In this document: one piece after another, positions 39,028 to 49,263 of the stretch
Layout: each line of letters starts with the position of its first letter
How positions within the stretch are numbered: the stretch's first letter is position 1
IMG/VR virus record: IMGVR_UViG_3300046168_000026
Location: 32,001-96,000 of that record
Direction: 5' to 3' (one strand)
Source of the DNA: a virus
DNA length: 64,000 bases
Notes under the pieces: generated by a model
Seen by the model: the letters and a program-made list of their open reading frames with translations, nothing else
What the model was told of the DNA's origin: nothing
The model's database searches: none
Translations under genes and position numbers: made by a program

Positions 39028-39909
39028 CTACAAATCCACTAACATATCTAACAATTCCGCCTGTGGGAACATATCAAACTTATCCTTACGAGTATTTGTA
39101 TGTGTCCACATACCTTTTACTCGCCCATAATATGCATCTTCATTGAACTCAAATCCGTCAGCACCTTTTGCTTTTACCTCTTCTACAAGACCTTTTCTTA
39201 CATCAATACTATCTCTCTCTGCAATCCACAAAATCCACAATCTTAATGCTTCAATTTGTTTATCAGAGTATCTGTGCCAATGTTTAAATCCTCTGAATGG
39301 TTTATCCAATGTAACGATTTGTGATTCATGTGCAGTTGTTCCTGCATATGTTTTTCCGTCTTTAAGATATCCAAAGTTATTTACTTCGATACCAACCGAA
39401 TGTGTATGCATATGTTGTGAACCATTCTTTCCTAAATGCCATCCATAATGACCTTCAGGAAACGCCTGAACCATTACCCCATCATATGTTTCATCATTAC
39501 CTTTGATGGATTGTCCACCTAATACAAACTCAGTTGCGACTGCTCCTCTACTATCTCTACCCCAATGGTCAACAGTTCTGTATGGATTCTGCCATCCTGC
39601 GGTGTGATGTAAGAAACAATATTCTTTTTTTGTGATTCCACTTTTGTATTCACCAACTGGAAGATAGTGTCTATTAACCGCTAATCCGTTTTCTGTTGTG
39701 AATGTTTTTTCAGTATCATCAGTAGTAGCAATACCCATAGTATCCCAAGTGGAAGGACCAACAATCCCATCAGCAACCAAACCATTGGTTTTCTGAAACT
39801 CTTGAACTGCTTTTTTAGTTCCTTCACCGAATATACCATCCGCACCTATTTCTAAAAATTCTTGTAAATCTTTTACTTGTTGTCCTTTTGAACCTACTTT
39901 AAGTAACAT
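39028..39909 (-). CDS. endolysin: peptidoglycan-binding domain plus N-acetylmuramoyl-L-alanine amidase (Amidase_2)
   Basis: ADGIFG..T..AV..FQ...GLVADGIVGPST; LHHTAG, SVGIE, THTN..KDK.D. Confidence 0.9.
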   Translation of the reverse strand: MLLKVGSKGQQVKDLQEFLEIGADGIFGEGTKKAVQEFQKTNGLVADGIVGPSTWDTMGIATTDDTEKTFTTENGLAVNRHYLPVGEYKSGITKKEYCFLHHTAGWQNPYRTVDHWGRDSRGAVATEFVLGGQSIKGNDETYDGVMVQAFPEGHYGWHLGKNGSQHMHTHSVGIEVNNFGYLKDGKTYAGTTAHESQIVTLDKPFRGFKHWHRYSDKQIEALRLWILWIAERDSIDVRKGLVEEVKAKGADGFEFNEDAYYGRVKGMWTHTNTRKDKFDMFPQAELLDMLVDL

Positions 39910-40002
39910 TTTAATTCCTTGTGTTATATTGTTTATATTAACAATAAATATTAAGTATGAATAAATTTAAAAGGAATCATCCAATGAATATCAAAAGGGT
40001 CA

Positions 40003-40194
40003 CTAACCTCTGCTTCTTCCTTTTGTTCGTTGAGTGATATAAGAGTCACCTTTTCGCCCTCTACCAGACTTCCCCTGTGATTGCTGAAGGTCTCCCTCAT
40101 CAATATCTTTTCTCCTATTTTTTCTTGTAATTTTTTCATATGTTTCAAAATATTCATCCTCGAAGTCTATACTTCGCACATCAATTTTAGCCAT
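40003..40194 (-). CDS. hypothetical protein
   Basis: ORF overlapping upstream stop. Confidence 0.5.
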   Translation of the reverse strand: MAKIDVRSIDFEDEYFETYEKITRKNRRKDIDEGDLQQSQGKSGRGRKGDSYITQRTKGRSRG

Positions 40195-40432
40195 TTTTAA
40201 TTATCCTTAAATTCTCTATTTTTTTGAGAAATTGTTCAACTGAATAGTCTTTGTTTTTTTCGTCTTTGATTTTTACTTCTGTAAGTGTATCAGGGTATTT
40301 GTTAACCAGCCTTTCAAGAATTTCGAAACCTTGGTCTGTCCAAAAATTCTTAAAGGATGTTTCACCTAAGATGTTTGTAGAATAGTCTACATCATCCTCA
40401 TTATCGTCTGGTAACAAAATGTAGTATATCAT
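40187..40432 (-). CDS. hypothetical protein
   Basis: ATGA-coupled to GT gene. Confidence 0.6.
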   Translation of the reverse strand: MIYYILLPDDNEDDVDYSTNILGETSFKNFWTDQGFEILERLVNKYPDTLTEVKIKDEKNKDYSVEQFLKKIENLRIIKNG

Positions 40433-41613
40433 AGATTTATCAAACTTTTTTCGTAGTATTTTACTTTATTAACCTTTATATTAAATATGTCCAATTCGAA
40501 CTCACCGCATTGAATTCCATTAGAATCGAAGATTTCTGACCACTTTTGTATATAAGAATATGATGTATTTGATAGTCTATTTGCATCAAAACTTATTTCA
40601 ATATCAGCTTCTTTTTGTACATTTATTCTTGTACTTAAATCAAACTTAGTATTTGGTTGTTCCAATTTTATATAACTCTCGATAACATCTTCGTCTATAT
40701 CAATTGTTATTGAATCACACCAAGGTTCTAAAATGTTTAATATTTGAGAATTACCATTTTCTACATTAAATTTAATATCATATTTATGTGGAACTTCTGG
40801 CATCATCATTGCGTCATGTTTTACAAAATGACCCCATTTTCTAATAAAATTCCTTGTTGACCTCATATTTTGTTTCAACCATTCATCTGATTCTTTACCA
40901 ACTTCAGTTAATGTTGGGTTAAATCTCGAACCTCTACAAGTCATATGATATACACACCCATCCCAAGTTTGAATCAAATCATATCCATTCAAGAGAAATC
41001 TGTTGAATATGTCTGAATCTTCTTTGGATTGGGGTGCGTATAATGGGTCATGTCCACCAATTGAGGTGAAGTCTTCTTTGAATAAAAACCAAGGTGCAAA
41101 TATACCTTTAGTAGTTTTTCCATGTTTATATCTTTCATCACCTGTATTAAACCATTCTAAGAATCCATCTTCATCAAAGTCCTCAGGTTCAGTTTTCCAA
41201 TCCTTGAGTACTTTTTCAGGCCCATCTGGGTGAAGTGGTGGTTCAATTCGTGTCAATGAAACAACACTCAATGGTTTAATATGTTCTAATACAGATTCTA
41301 ATGCGCCAGGACAGAGATACATATCTGCGTGGTATATTCCTACAATCGGAGTATCTGCTATCTCTACTAACTCATCATATAGGATTGTATGTCCTACTCT
41401 TGTTGGTCCTTCGTTTCTAATTGCCTTGAAGTTTGGGTCGTGTACCATCATATCCTCACACCATTCCCAAGTCCCATCGGAACTGAAATCATCTGCTACA
41501 CATATTGTTGGTTCAGGACCTGCATTCTTTCTAATTGATTCGTAAGACCACTTGAGATACTTTAAATTATCTCTTGATGGTTGAATAAAACTAATATCTT
41601 TTTTACTTAACAT
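40429..41613 (-). CDS. glycosyltransferase family 2
   Basis: ISFIQP, VADDFSSDGT, HADM, GGHD, EDSD. Confidence 0.88.
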   Translation of the reverse strand: MLSKKDISFIQPSRDNLKYLKWSYESIRKNAGPEPTICVADDFSSDGTWEWCEDMMVHDPNFKAIRNEGPTRVGHTILYDELVEIADTPIVGIYHADMYLCPGALESVLEHIKPLSVVSLTRIEPPLHPDGPEKVLKDWKTEPEDFDEDGFLEWFNTGDERYKHGKTTKGIFAPWFLFKEDFTSIGGHDPLYAPQSKEDSDIFNRFLLNGYDLIQTWDGCVYHMTCRGSRFNPTLTEVGKESDEWLKQNMRSTRNFIRKWGHFVKHDAMMMPEVPHKYDIKFNVENGNSQILNILEPWCDSITIDIDEDVIESYIKLEQPNTKFDLSTRINVQKEADIEISFDANRLSNTSYSYIQKWSEIFDSNGIQCGEFELDIFNIKVNKVKYYEKSLINL

Positions 41614-42466
41614 AACTTTTTACCTTTTTAATTAAATCATCGTATGATTCTACATGATATATTTTTTGACCTGATAGTTTAGGGAAGAATGTTTCATATG
41701 CTTTATGTTTTACTTCATACCCCTTTACTCCATATATAATATTTTCACCACCGAAATATGCAGCCAATGCTGAATTACCACCTTGTGTTGATATTTGATG
41801 TTCGGTTAGACTTAAAACTGCCATCTGTGCTTCATTATATGATAGGTTGTATTCATTTGCTATATCTTGTACTGTTTGTACATTATATTTACTTATCAGT
41901 TCTTTATCACCAAAATCAAGTGGTGGGCTACCATCTTGTGTAATATCATCTACATCAGGTCTGTTATAGATTATATGAAACTTATCAGAACATAATTCAA
42001 ATATTGTTTTTAATGAGTCTAAATTAATATAATTTACAGGGTCAGAGTCCCACTCCGTTTGATACTTATTTGATATTACTAATAAAGGTTTATCAAAATT
42101 TAATCCCATCCAATTGTAAACTCCCTTGTAGTGACCATTCAAATCAGGCGGTGACCACCTGTCTTCCCAAACATTACAATCTCCTGCATCTTTTGCATCA
42201 GGCCAAAGTTCGTTTATCTTTTTACCAAAGAATCCTGCAACATGATTGTGTTGTCTATAATATTGTACATCGTTTATTTTCAGTTGCATATACTGAATTC
42301 TATTTGGATAGACTTCTGTCACATCTAAATTTGGATATAAGATATGACCACCCTTTGAAGTTCTTACTTTTACATCAACCCCTTGTTCTTTTGCATAATT
42401 TATTAAAGGTAGTGCTGCAAATAGTTCGTAACCAAACTCACCATGTATATCAAAGGTTGTTGTCAT
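41603..42466 (-). CDS. putative glycosyltransferase (GT-B-like) / glycan-modifying enzyme
   Basis: GEFGYEL start and QGGNS motif; cluster context. Confidence 0.55.
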   Translation of the reverse strand: MTTTFDIHGEFGYELFAALPLINYAKEQGVDVKVRTSKGGHILYPNLDVTEVYPNRIQYMQLKINDVQYYRQHNHVAGFFGKKINELWPDAKDAGDCNVWEDRWSPPDLNGHYKGVYNWMGLNFDKPLLVISNKYQTEWDSDPVNYINLDSLKTIFELCSDKFHIIYNRPDVDDITQDGSPPLDFGDKELISKYNVQTVQDIANEYNLSYNEAQMAVLSLTEHQISTQGGNSALAAYFGGENIIYGVKGYEVKHKAYETFFPKLSGQKIYHVESYDDLIKKVKSYVK

Positions 42467-43353
42467 TAAAAATCAAATTTCAATTGTCTACTACTAAACA
42501 AAGATTTAATATACTCTTCTAATCTATCTTGAGGTTCCCAGTCAAGAAACTCGATTGCCTCATCTGATTCTCTTAGAGTTTCTTTGTAATTACCTTGTTG
42601 GTTTGGAATGTACTTTCTTTTACACCCACTATATTTTTCGAACATATCTGCCACTTGGTTAATTGAATAGTTTGTACCTGTTCCAAGTTCCCAAGCGTCA
42701 AATGTTGGTTTAGTATCATGAGCATTTAACTTTAGTAATGCGTCTACTATATCGTGTACATGGGTAAAGTCTCTTTTTTGTTCACCATCACCGACAATTG
42801 TAATTGGTTGGTTATCTCTGATTTGTCTTCTCCAGATACCAATTACTGCTGCCCAATCACCATCAATAACTTCATGTGGTCCATATACATTATAGAACCT
42901 ACAAATCTCTATACTCATTCCGTAAGTCTTTTTGTATAACTTACATAATTCCTCACCAAGATATTTACAAGCCGCATATGGTGATTGATATGGGTCGTGG
43001 TGTTTAGAAGATGAACCTGCGTAAATAACTTTAATACCTTTTTTTCTTGCAAAGTCTAAAACCCTCTGAGTTCCTAAAGTGTTAACATCAAATGTTTCTG
43101 ATGGATTTTCAAATGAAGGTTGTATTCTTGACAATCCTGCCAAGTGATATATCAAGTCTATGTCCTCAGTAAATGAAAACCAACTACTAATCCACTTAAC
43201 ATCATCTTCATAATATGTTGCACCCTTTACATGATTACTTTTTGTACCTGTTGAGTAATCATCAAGTACAACTACTTCATGTCCATTTGTAACTAATCTT
43301 TTAACTAAATTTGTGCCAACAAAACCGGCACCTCCTGTAACTAATATTTTCAT
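42466..43353 (-). CDS. NAD-dependent nucleotide-sugar epimerase/dehydratase
   Basis: GGAGFVG, YAACK, RFYNVYGP, RDFTHV. Confidence 0.92.
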   Translation of the reverse strand: MKILVTGGAGFVGTNLVKRLVTNGHEVVVLDDYSTGTKSNHVKGATYYEDDVKWISSWFSFTEDIDLIYHLAGLSRIQPSFENPSETFDVNTLGTQRVLDFARKKGIKVIYAGSSSKHHDPYQSPYAACKYLGEELCKLYKKTYGMSIEICRFYNVYGPHEVIDGDWAAVIGIWRRQIRDNQPITIVGDGEQKRDFTHVHDIVDALLKLNAHDTKPTFDAWELGTGTNYSINQVADMFEKYSGCKRKYIPNQQGNYKETLRESDEAIEFLDWEPQDRLEEYIKSLFSSRQLKFDF

Positions 43354-44258
43354 AATAATGGTATTCTATTTGGATTATCTGTTCCTTTTATTTGTTTTAC
43401 AAAAGTTTGGTCATCGTGTTCAGGCAATCTGCCCCATTTTTTAATAAACTTTTGTGCATTTGTTGATTCTGATTCTTGTTGTCTTTTAGATTTAGAATTC
43501 AGTTTATCCTTTGCTTCATCTCTGAAATGAGAACCTCTTGCTGAAAAGTGGTATACAATTGACTTGGATGACATAATAAATTTATATCCTTCTAATTGCA
43601 TTCTAATAAACAAATCCATATCGTCAAATGAAGCGGGTGCGAATAGTGGGTCGTTACCACCAATCCAAACATAATCGTCTTTTTTACAGAAGAATCCGGC
43701 ACCACCACCTTTTCTTACACGCGTTTCATCCATTGCGGAAAGTTTTTGAGACCATTCATCAAACCAATCTTTATCGAAGTTGTGATGGAACTCCCCAAAC
43801 TCATCAGTTGATACAAATACAGTACCAGGTCGGTAATCAGGGTCATTAGGAAATATTTTAGGTTGAATTCTAAATGATGAAGCGATTATTCTTTTACCTT
43901 GAATAGTCCACTCTGCATTCTCTTCTACAATTTTTTGTAATTCTATATCTTGATTTGGAGCAATCCACATATCTGAGTGAATTATATTTACATACTCTGT
44001 TTGTGCTTTGTCAACACAAAAATCCATACCACCACCGATTCCTCTTGGTGTATCATTATGTTCTACAAACCCTTTTAGATTCTTGTCTGTTTGCATTTGA
44101 TTCATTAACCACTCATCTGTACCATCAGTACAATTCTCTGCGTGAATCACAATCGGTTGGTCTTTGTAATATGCATTCTTTCTTACAGACTCGTAAGCAA
44201 GTTTTACATAGTCAAGATTATTATTTGTTGAAATACAAGTTGTTATTGGACTTTCCAT
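43350..44258 (-). CDS. glycosyltransferase family 2
   Basis: CTDGT, HSDM, GGND..F, DDMD. Confidence 0.85.
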   Translation of the reverse strand: MESPITTCISTNNNLDYVKLAYESVRKNAYYKDQPIVIHAENCTDGTDEWLMNQMQTDKNLKGFVEHNDTPRGIGGGMDFCVDKAQTEYVNIIHSDMWIAPNQDIELQKIVEENAEWTIQGKRIIASSFRIQPKIFPNDPDYRPGTVFVSTDEFGEFHHNFDKDWFDEWSQKLSAMDETRVRKGGGAGFFCKKDDYVWIGGNDPLFAPASFDDMDLFIRMQLEGYKFIMSSKSIVYHFSARGSHFRDEAKDKLNSKSKRQQESESTNAQKFIKKWGRLPEHDDQTFVKQIKGTDNPNRIPLL

Positions 44259-45190
44259 ACATCTTCCCATTTATATGTTTTTGTTTGTTTCATAAAGTTG
44301 TAAGCATTATATTTAGAATACTCACTTGCTTTAGGATACCAATCATTTGACTTTCTTTGTTCGTTTATATCTTTACCATCCTCACTAACAACATATTTTC
44401 TTTTTCTTGGATGTTCTCTGTTATGTACTAATAAAATATTCTTTACAATATACAAAGGAATTTGGTTATTTCCAAATATTGTTAACATTTTATTCATAAA
44501 AGCAGTATCTTCGTGGGTAAAGAATACTGATTTTGGTATGTTTACTCCACTTTTTATTATCTCTGATGACATTACCAACCCACAACCATTAAATTTATAG
44601 TTGTATGTAGATTCTATATGTGGTGATTCAACATCTGAGTTTATCTCTTCCATTTTATCATAATCCATATAACACCTCGTCCCATACCATGCGTGTGGGT
44701 CTCTTGGTAAATCAGTTAGTTTTGGGTGTTCTAATGGTTTCCACGAATCATCCCACATTTTACAAGTTGAAAAGAACCCAACCCACTTTGGTGTTTGTTC
44801 TTTAACTGCCTCGTGTAATGATAATATCGTTTCCATCGCCTGTGATGGAACTAACATATCGGATTCACCCCAAAACAGGATGTCTGCAAGTTCACAATAC
44901 TTTTCGTTAAAATCTCTTCTGTAATCTGCGATTGTATATAAATCATCTCTGACTTCGTATTTGATTTGATAACCTTGTAGTTTATATTGATTACAAACTC
45001 TAACATACTTTTCCATAATGTATGTTAACATATCAACCTCATCAGAAACTTTTTCTAAGTCTTGATTTGTGACTAAACACATATCAATCAAAACTTTTTC
45101 TTTTGTTACTATTGATTTAGTTAAGGAATCTAAATACTCCTCAAACATATCAACTTCGTACCATTGTACTAAACAACCTGCCGCTACCAT
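44243..45190 (-). CDS. putative GT-A glycosyltransferase
   Basis: GESDML, HEDT motifs; cluster context. Confidence 0.6.
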   Translation of the reverse strand: MVAAGCLVQWYEVDMFEEYLDSLTKSIVTKEKVLIDMCLVTNQDLEKVSDEVDMLTYIMEKYVRVCNQYKLQGYQIKYEVRDDLYTIADYRRDFNEKYCELADILFWGESDMLVPSQAMETILSLHEAVKEQTPKWVGFFSTCKMWDDSWKPLEHPKLTDLPRDPHAWYGTRCYMDYDKMEEINSDVESPHIESTYNYKFNGCGLVMSSEIIKSGVNIPKSVFFTHEDTAFMNKMLTIFGNNQIPLYIVKNILLVHNREHPRKRKYVVSEDGKDINEQRKSNDWYPKASEYSKYNAYNFMKQTKTYKWEDVWKVQ

Positions 45191-46008
45191 AATGTATCTC
45201 TTGGAATCCCTTCCCAACCAGGATTAGTTTCTGAATCGATTACCCACGAAACATTTTGTTTCTGTAACCATTGGTAGATACCTTTAGTTGCGTTTGCTAC
45301 TGACTTGATTTCTCTTGGCCCCATTGATGTTTTTGCATAAACAATCTTTTCGTGTTCATTACCATAGAAGTGTTCTTGGAATACTCTTTGTGTATCGTCT
45401 TCTGTTCCATTTTCAAATGATGATAAATCACCAATGTCCCATCCAACCGTAACAATTTTTCTACACCCCAAGTACAATGCCAATGGAATTGCCATCTCAT
45501 ACATAATACCAGGCCCCCAAGGTTGTTGAAATCCTATTTCGGGGTGGTCTAACTTCATAGTATCCCAATCTTCTTTTTCTGATAGAGAGTGAATCATTTT
45601 GTTAGGTCCAACTCCACCACCTGTATTTGGGTTGTTTCTAAATATAGGAATGAATAGGTCTGATTCTAAATTATTATCAAAAATCATTTGAGGATGAAAT
45701 TGTTCAAATATTGCCCATGTTATGATTGATTTATTATCTGACCAATCGTATGGTGCGAAGTTACAAAAGTTTAGTAAGTGAAAGTCAGTAACATCTTTTA
45801 CTAAATTATATGATTGTTTGATTGGCATACATAATTTATCTGCCATAAACTCATTAAGGAATTCTTTATCATACTTTTTAAGTGAAGGACCACCTGCGAT
45901 TATATATGCAGTCTCATCTTTGTACTGATTTTTTAATACCTTTAACCTATCTTCAGGTTCTTCTAATTTTAGAAGTTCTTCTCGTAACTTACTTGTCTGT
46001 AATTTCAT
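45184..46008 (-). CDS. Maf/DUF115-like (MptE-like) CMP-ulosonate transferase candidate
   Basis: LKNQYKDETAYIIAGGPSL, ALYLGCRKI..VGWD, HFY. Confidence 0.7.
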   Translation of the reverse strand: MKLQTSKLREELLKLEEPEDRLKVLKNQYKDETAYIIAGGPSLKKYDKEFLNEFMADKLCMPIKQSYNLVKDVTDFHLLNFCNFAPYDWSDNKSIITWAIFEQFHPQMIFDNNLESDLFIPIFRNNPNTGGGVGPNKMIHSLSEKEDWDTMKLDHPEIGFQQPWGPGIMYEMAIPLALYLGCRKIVTVGWDIGDLSSFENGTEDDTQRVFQEHFYGNEHEKIVYAKTSMGPREIKSVANATKGIYQWLQKQNVSWVIDSETNPGWEGIPRDTLW

Positions 46009-46414
46009 CGAATTGTTTAAGTGTTTGTTCCCACGATTCAAACCTAATACCTCTGTCATCTATGTAACAGACTGCTCTTGGTTTTTCACAAGTTATTTCT
46101 TTTATATAAGTATCAATCTTATATTTGGCTAACCACTCCCATATTAGTTCTTCACCTGTCTTACCATTTACAAGTGGTCTATCAGGTTTTACTTTAGCGG
46201 TAAATAAAACTATATCATAACCCTTTTCATCGAACCATTTGATTGCGTCTATTGAACCCTCAATCGGTGGGTCATATACAGTTCCATCATGAAACCCTTT
46301 TGAATTACCATGGACAACACCATCAAAGTCTATTGCAACTTGATGATTGTTTTCATGCCATTGTAGTGCATCGTAGTCTTCTATTTCTTTTTTAAGGGTG
46401 TCTTCTGTTTTCAT
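45989..46414 (-). CDS. HAD-superfamily phosphatase
   Basis: IDFDGV, FTA, KP....IDDR. Confidence 0.8.
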   Translation of the reverse strand: MKTEDTLKKEIEDYDALQWHENNHQVAIDFDGVVHGNSKGFHDGTVYDPPIEGSIDAIKWFDEKGYDIVLFTAKVKPDRPLVNGKTGEELIWEWLAKYKIDTYIKEITCEKPRAVCYIDDRGIRFESWEQTLKQFDEITDK

Positions 46415-47129
46415 AATTACTGAATACTGGTGTTGATTTATTTCTACTTGAATATGCCCCATAAATAAACTTTCTAAACTCTTTAGTCTCGTGTTGTTTA
46501 CTTACAGAGTGTAATGAGTTTGGTGACGATAAAAAGAATACTGCTCTATTTGCTTTTGCTGGTATAACTGAGTGAATAAGTACTGGCTCTTTTTTGTATA
46601 AGTTAGGTGCACCACCCCTTGGTTGTTGATAAGTTTCTACTCCATCACTTGAATGTATTACAAAGTCACCACCACTCCAATCCTTATCATTAAAGAATAT
46701 TAAGAAGTTCAAAAATCTCTTCTGAGAATCTGCGTGTACTTCTCTAATATAACCATCACCTGCCTCTGACCAATCTATATGAGTAAACATTTTTTGATTT
46801 GATATTAACTCATCTGTTAAAGTACATCCCCAATGTTCCATAGAAGCTTGGAATTTCTGTTTAAAGTAGTTTAACATTTCATCTGAATCTATGTAATTGT
46901 GAAACTCATTCCATGTTGTTGTAGATTCTAACCACTTCCAAGTATCTGGTTGACTTGCACTATTTGCGATTTGTCTACGACCACCCATAACAGTATTTGC
47001 CTTTTCTTCTATGAGTTTACCTGGCCATTCCTTAACCAAATTATTAAAGATGTCTTGTTCAAAACAATCATCAATGACTATATAGTCATATGGATAATTG
47101 TATACTCTTGCATTATTAAAGTTAATCAT
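46392..47129 (-). CDS. 2OG-Fe(II) oxygenase
   Basis: HAD, NRAVFF, LHSV, RKF. Confidence 0.8.
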   Translation of the reverse strand: MINFNNARVYNYPYDYIVIDDCFEQDIFNNLVKEWPGKLIEEKANTVMGGRRQIANSASQPDTWKWLESTTTWNEFHNYIDSDEMLNYFKQKFQASMEHWGCTLTDELISNQKMFTHIDWSEAGDGYIREVHADSQKRFLNFLIFFNDKDWSGGDFVIHSSDGVETYQQPRGGAPNLYKKEPVLIHSVIPAKANRAVFFLSSPNSLHSVSKQHETKEFRKFIYGAYSSRNKSTPVFSNYENRRHP

Positions 47130-47514
47130 ATTTCTCGTATATTTTCTCTTCGAAAAATTCTGAGTTTAACAAGTGATTAATTTCTTTCTTTTCTGCTGCC
47201 CTTCTATCATTAGTATAATATACTGCTCTTGCCAACTCAATAAACTCTTCATCAAATTTATTGTCTCGTTCTTTTAGTCTAACTGAGTCTTCGATGACCC
47301 ACATTTCACCATTAGTTTTTAATAACCTTTGGTAAACTTCTTTAAGTTCATCACCACCTGCTTCCCAAAATGGTTTCAACTTATCTTGTAAATAATTTAG
47401 TTCATTTGTAATATTAGTTTTTTGAACTGAATCATTAACATTTTTTAATTTTATTTCAAGGATTGATAACTTATCAAATGCGTCACCAATCGGTGTTTTA
47501 ATCTCTATTGCCAT
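47122..47514 (-). CDS. DUF6165-like protein
   Basis: GDAFDKLSILEIK...W.IED..R...ARAVY.TND.R...K..IN. Confidence 0.75.
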   Translation of the reverse strand: MAIEIKTPIGDAFDKLSILEIKLKNVNDSVQKTNITNELNYLQDKLKPFWEAGGDELKEVYQRLLKTNGEMWVIEDSVRLKERDNKFDEEFIELARAVYYTNDRRAAEKKEINHLLNSEFFEEKIYEKYD

Positions 47515-48460
47515 AGTTCTTTATTTTTTTAGCACCTTCTTCTATTAACATTTTTTTAATACCATCTTCTAAATATACAAAATTTTTATGAGATACACAA
47601 CTTTTTAGTTTAGAAAGTGATGGTCGTCTCCATTTAGTATCGTTACCCCATGCTTCCTTGTATTTCTTTTTATATTTTTTACCCATGATTCTGTGAATAG
47701 TTTTAGCTAAATCTTTGATTCTAACTTCTTCATCAAATCCAATGTTTATGATTTCGTTATCAACTTTTTCAATAATCTGAGATGCCATTTCTGCGTGGTC
47801 TGTTACATAACAAAAAGACCTTGTTTGATTACCATCACCATGTAGATAAAACTCTTCGCCTGATTGTACTCTTTCTATAAATTCAGGTATTACTTGACCA
47901 TACCCATTTGTTGCCATTCTCGGGCCGTAAGTATTAAATGGTCTAAGAATCACAAAACTCTTTCTTTTCTCATTTGCCCACAACCTTGTCAAGAACTCAC
48001 CCATACCTTTTGAGGATGCGTATGAATCTCTATCTGCCAATGGATGTAGAATCATTGCGTCATCTTCTTTTGTTGGTATCGATGGAGTTGGTCCATAAAT
48101 TTCAGATGATGATGCGTATACTACTTTTGTTACTGAAGGTGTACATGCGTTCAATACATTCTGAGTCATTAAGATATTATTGTTACATACTTTAAATGGT
48201 ATATCATAAAAATACCTTGTACCATTTATTGCAGCGTAGTGAACAACTATTTCAAATTGTTGTTCTTCCATAAACTTTTTAATTGGTTCTTGGTAAACCA
48301 AATCCATCTCATAAAATTTAAAGTTTTCATGACTTGGTAAGTTATCTATTTTGCCTCTAAAAAAGTTGTCTACTCCAACAACCTCGTGACCTTTATCTAA
48401 TAAACTATCACAAAGATGTGAACCTAAAAATCCTGCTGCACCTGTAACTAATATCTTCAT
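47498..48460 (-). CDS. UDP-glucuronate decarboxylase-like NAD-dependent epimerase
   Basis: GAAGFLGSHL, ASSSEIYG, YASSK, RPFNTYGPRM, QTRSFCYV. Confidence 0.88.
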   Translation of the reverse strand: MKILVTGAAGFLGSHLCDSLLDKGHEVVGVDNFFRGKIDNLPSHENFKFYEMDLVYQEPIKKFMEEQQFEIVVHYAAINGTRYFYDIPFKVCNNNILMTQNVLNACTPSVTKVVYASSSEIYGPTPSIPTKEDDAMILHPLADRDSYASSKGMGEFLTRLWANEKRKSFVILRPFNTYGPRMATNGYGQVIPEFIERVQSGEEFYLHGDGNQTRSFCYVTDHAEMASQIIEKVDNEIINIGFDEEVRIKDLAKTIHRIMGKKYKKKYKEAWGNDTKWRRPSLSKLKSCVSHKNFVYLEDGIKKMLIEEGAKKIKNYGNRD

Positions 48461-49263
48461 TATATTTCGTATCTCATTCCTTTAGGAACTTTTTTAACAA
48501 ATTTGTCGTTTTCTTCGTCAATGAATCTGAATATGTCTACATCAATATCGTATTTTTTACATAGAACTTTCATTGCCTTTGTGTCTTTAGGTAAACACAT
48601 ACCACCATAACCACCAAACTCTTTATTTACATTTAGATAGTGACCTTCACCAACTCCATGGAATAAAAATGCGTCTTTGATTGCATCATAGTTTGCACCA
48701 AAATGTTGTGCTACTTTATGGAATGAGTTTGCAAATGTGATTCTCATCGCTTTGTAAGTGTTTGAGAAGTACTTCATAAGTTCGGCATCAATGATTTTGA
48801 CTTTTACTTTGTGAAATGGTAGTGAACCATGACTCTTTACAATCAAATCATAGTTTTCATCACTATCAGTACCAACAACTAAAATGTTATTGTTGTATAC
48901 AAAGTCTTCGTATGCACATCTTTCTCTTAAGAATTCAGGCACAAAACACATATTAAGATTTGGATATTCTTTTCTTAATCTATTTGTTGTACCAGGTTCA
49001 ATTGTACTTTTCAATGCTACAAGACCTTTATACTCCAAGTCATTTAATTGTTTTATTACACTATTAACTGCCGTTAAATCACATTCATCATTTGCACCTG
49101 TTGGAGTACCAACGGTAATAAAGTTGATTTCTGTATCTAATGTATCTTCTATTGAAGTCTCAGGTATTTTGATATCGTAACCAACCACCTCGTGTCCGAT
49201 GTATTCAAATCCTTTTGATATTGCAGAACCTACTGCTCCGATTCCGATTACTCCTAATTTCAT
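48460..49263 (-). CDS. UDP-glucose/GDP-mannose 6-dehydrogenase (lacks C-terminal domain)
   Basis: GIGAVG, VGTP, KST..PG, PEFLRE, AELMK, GYGGMCLPKD. Confidence 0.88.
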   Translation of the reverse strand: MKLGVIGIGAVGSAISKGFEYIGHEVVGYDIKIPETSIEDTLDTEINFITVGTPTGANDECDLTAVNSVIKQLNDLEYKGLVALKSTIEPGTTNRLRKEYPNLNMCFVPEFLRERCAYEDFVYNNNILVVGTDSDENYDLIVKSHGSLPFHKVKVKIIDAELMKYFSNTYKAMRITFANSFHKVAQHFGANYDAIKDAFLFHGVGEGHYLNVNKEFGGYGGMCLPKDTKAMKVLCKKYDIDVDIFRFIDEENDKFVKKVPKGMRYEI

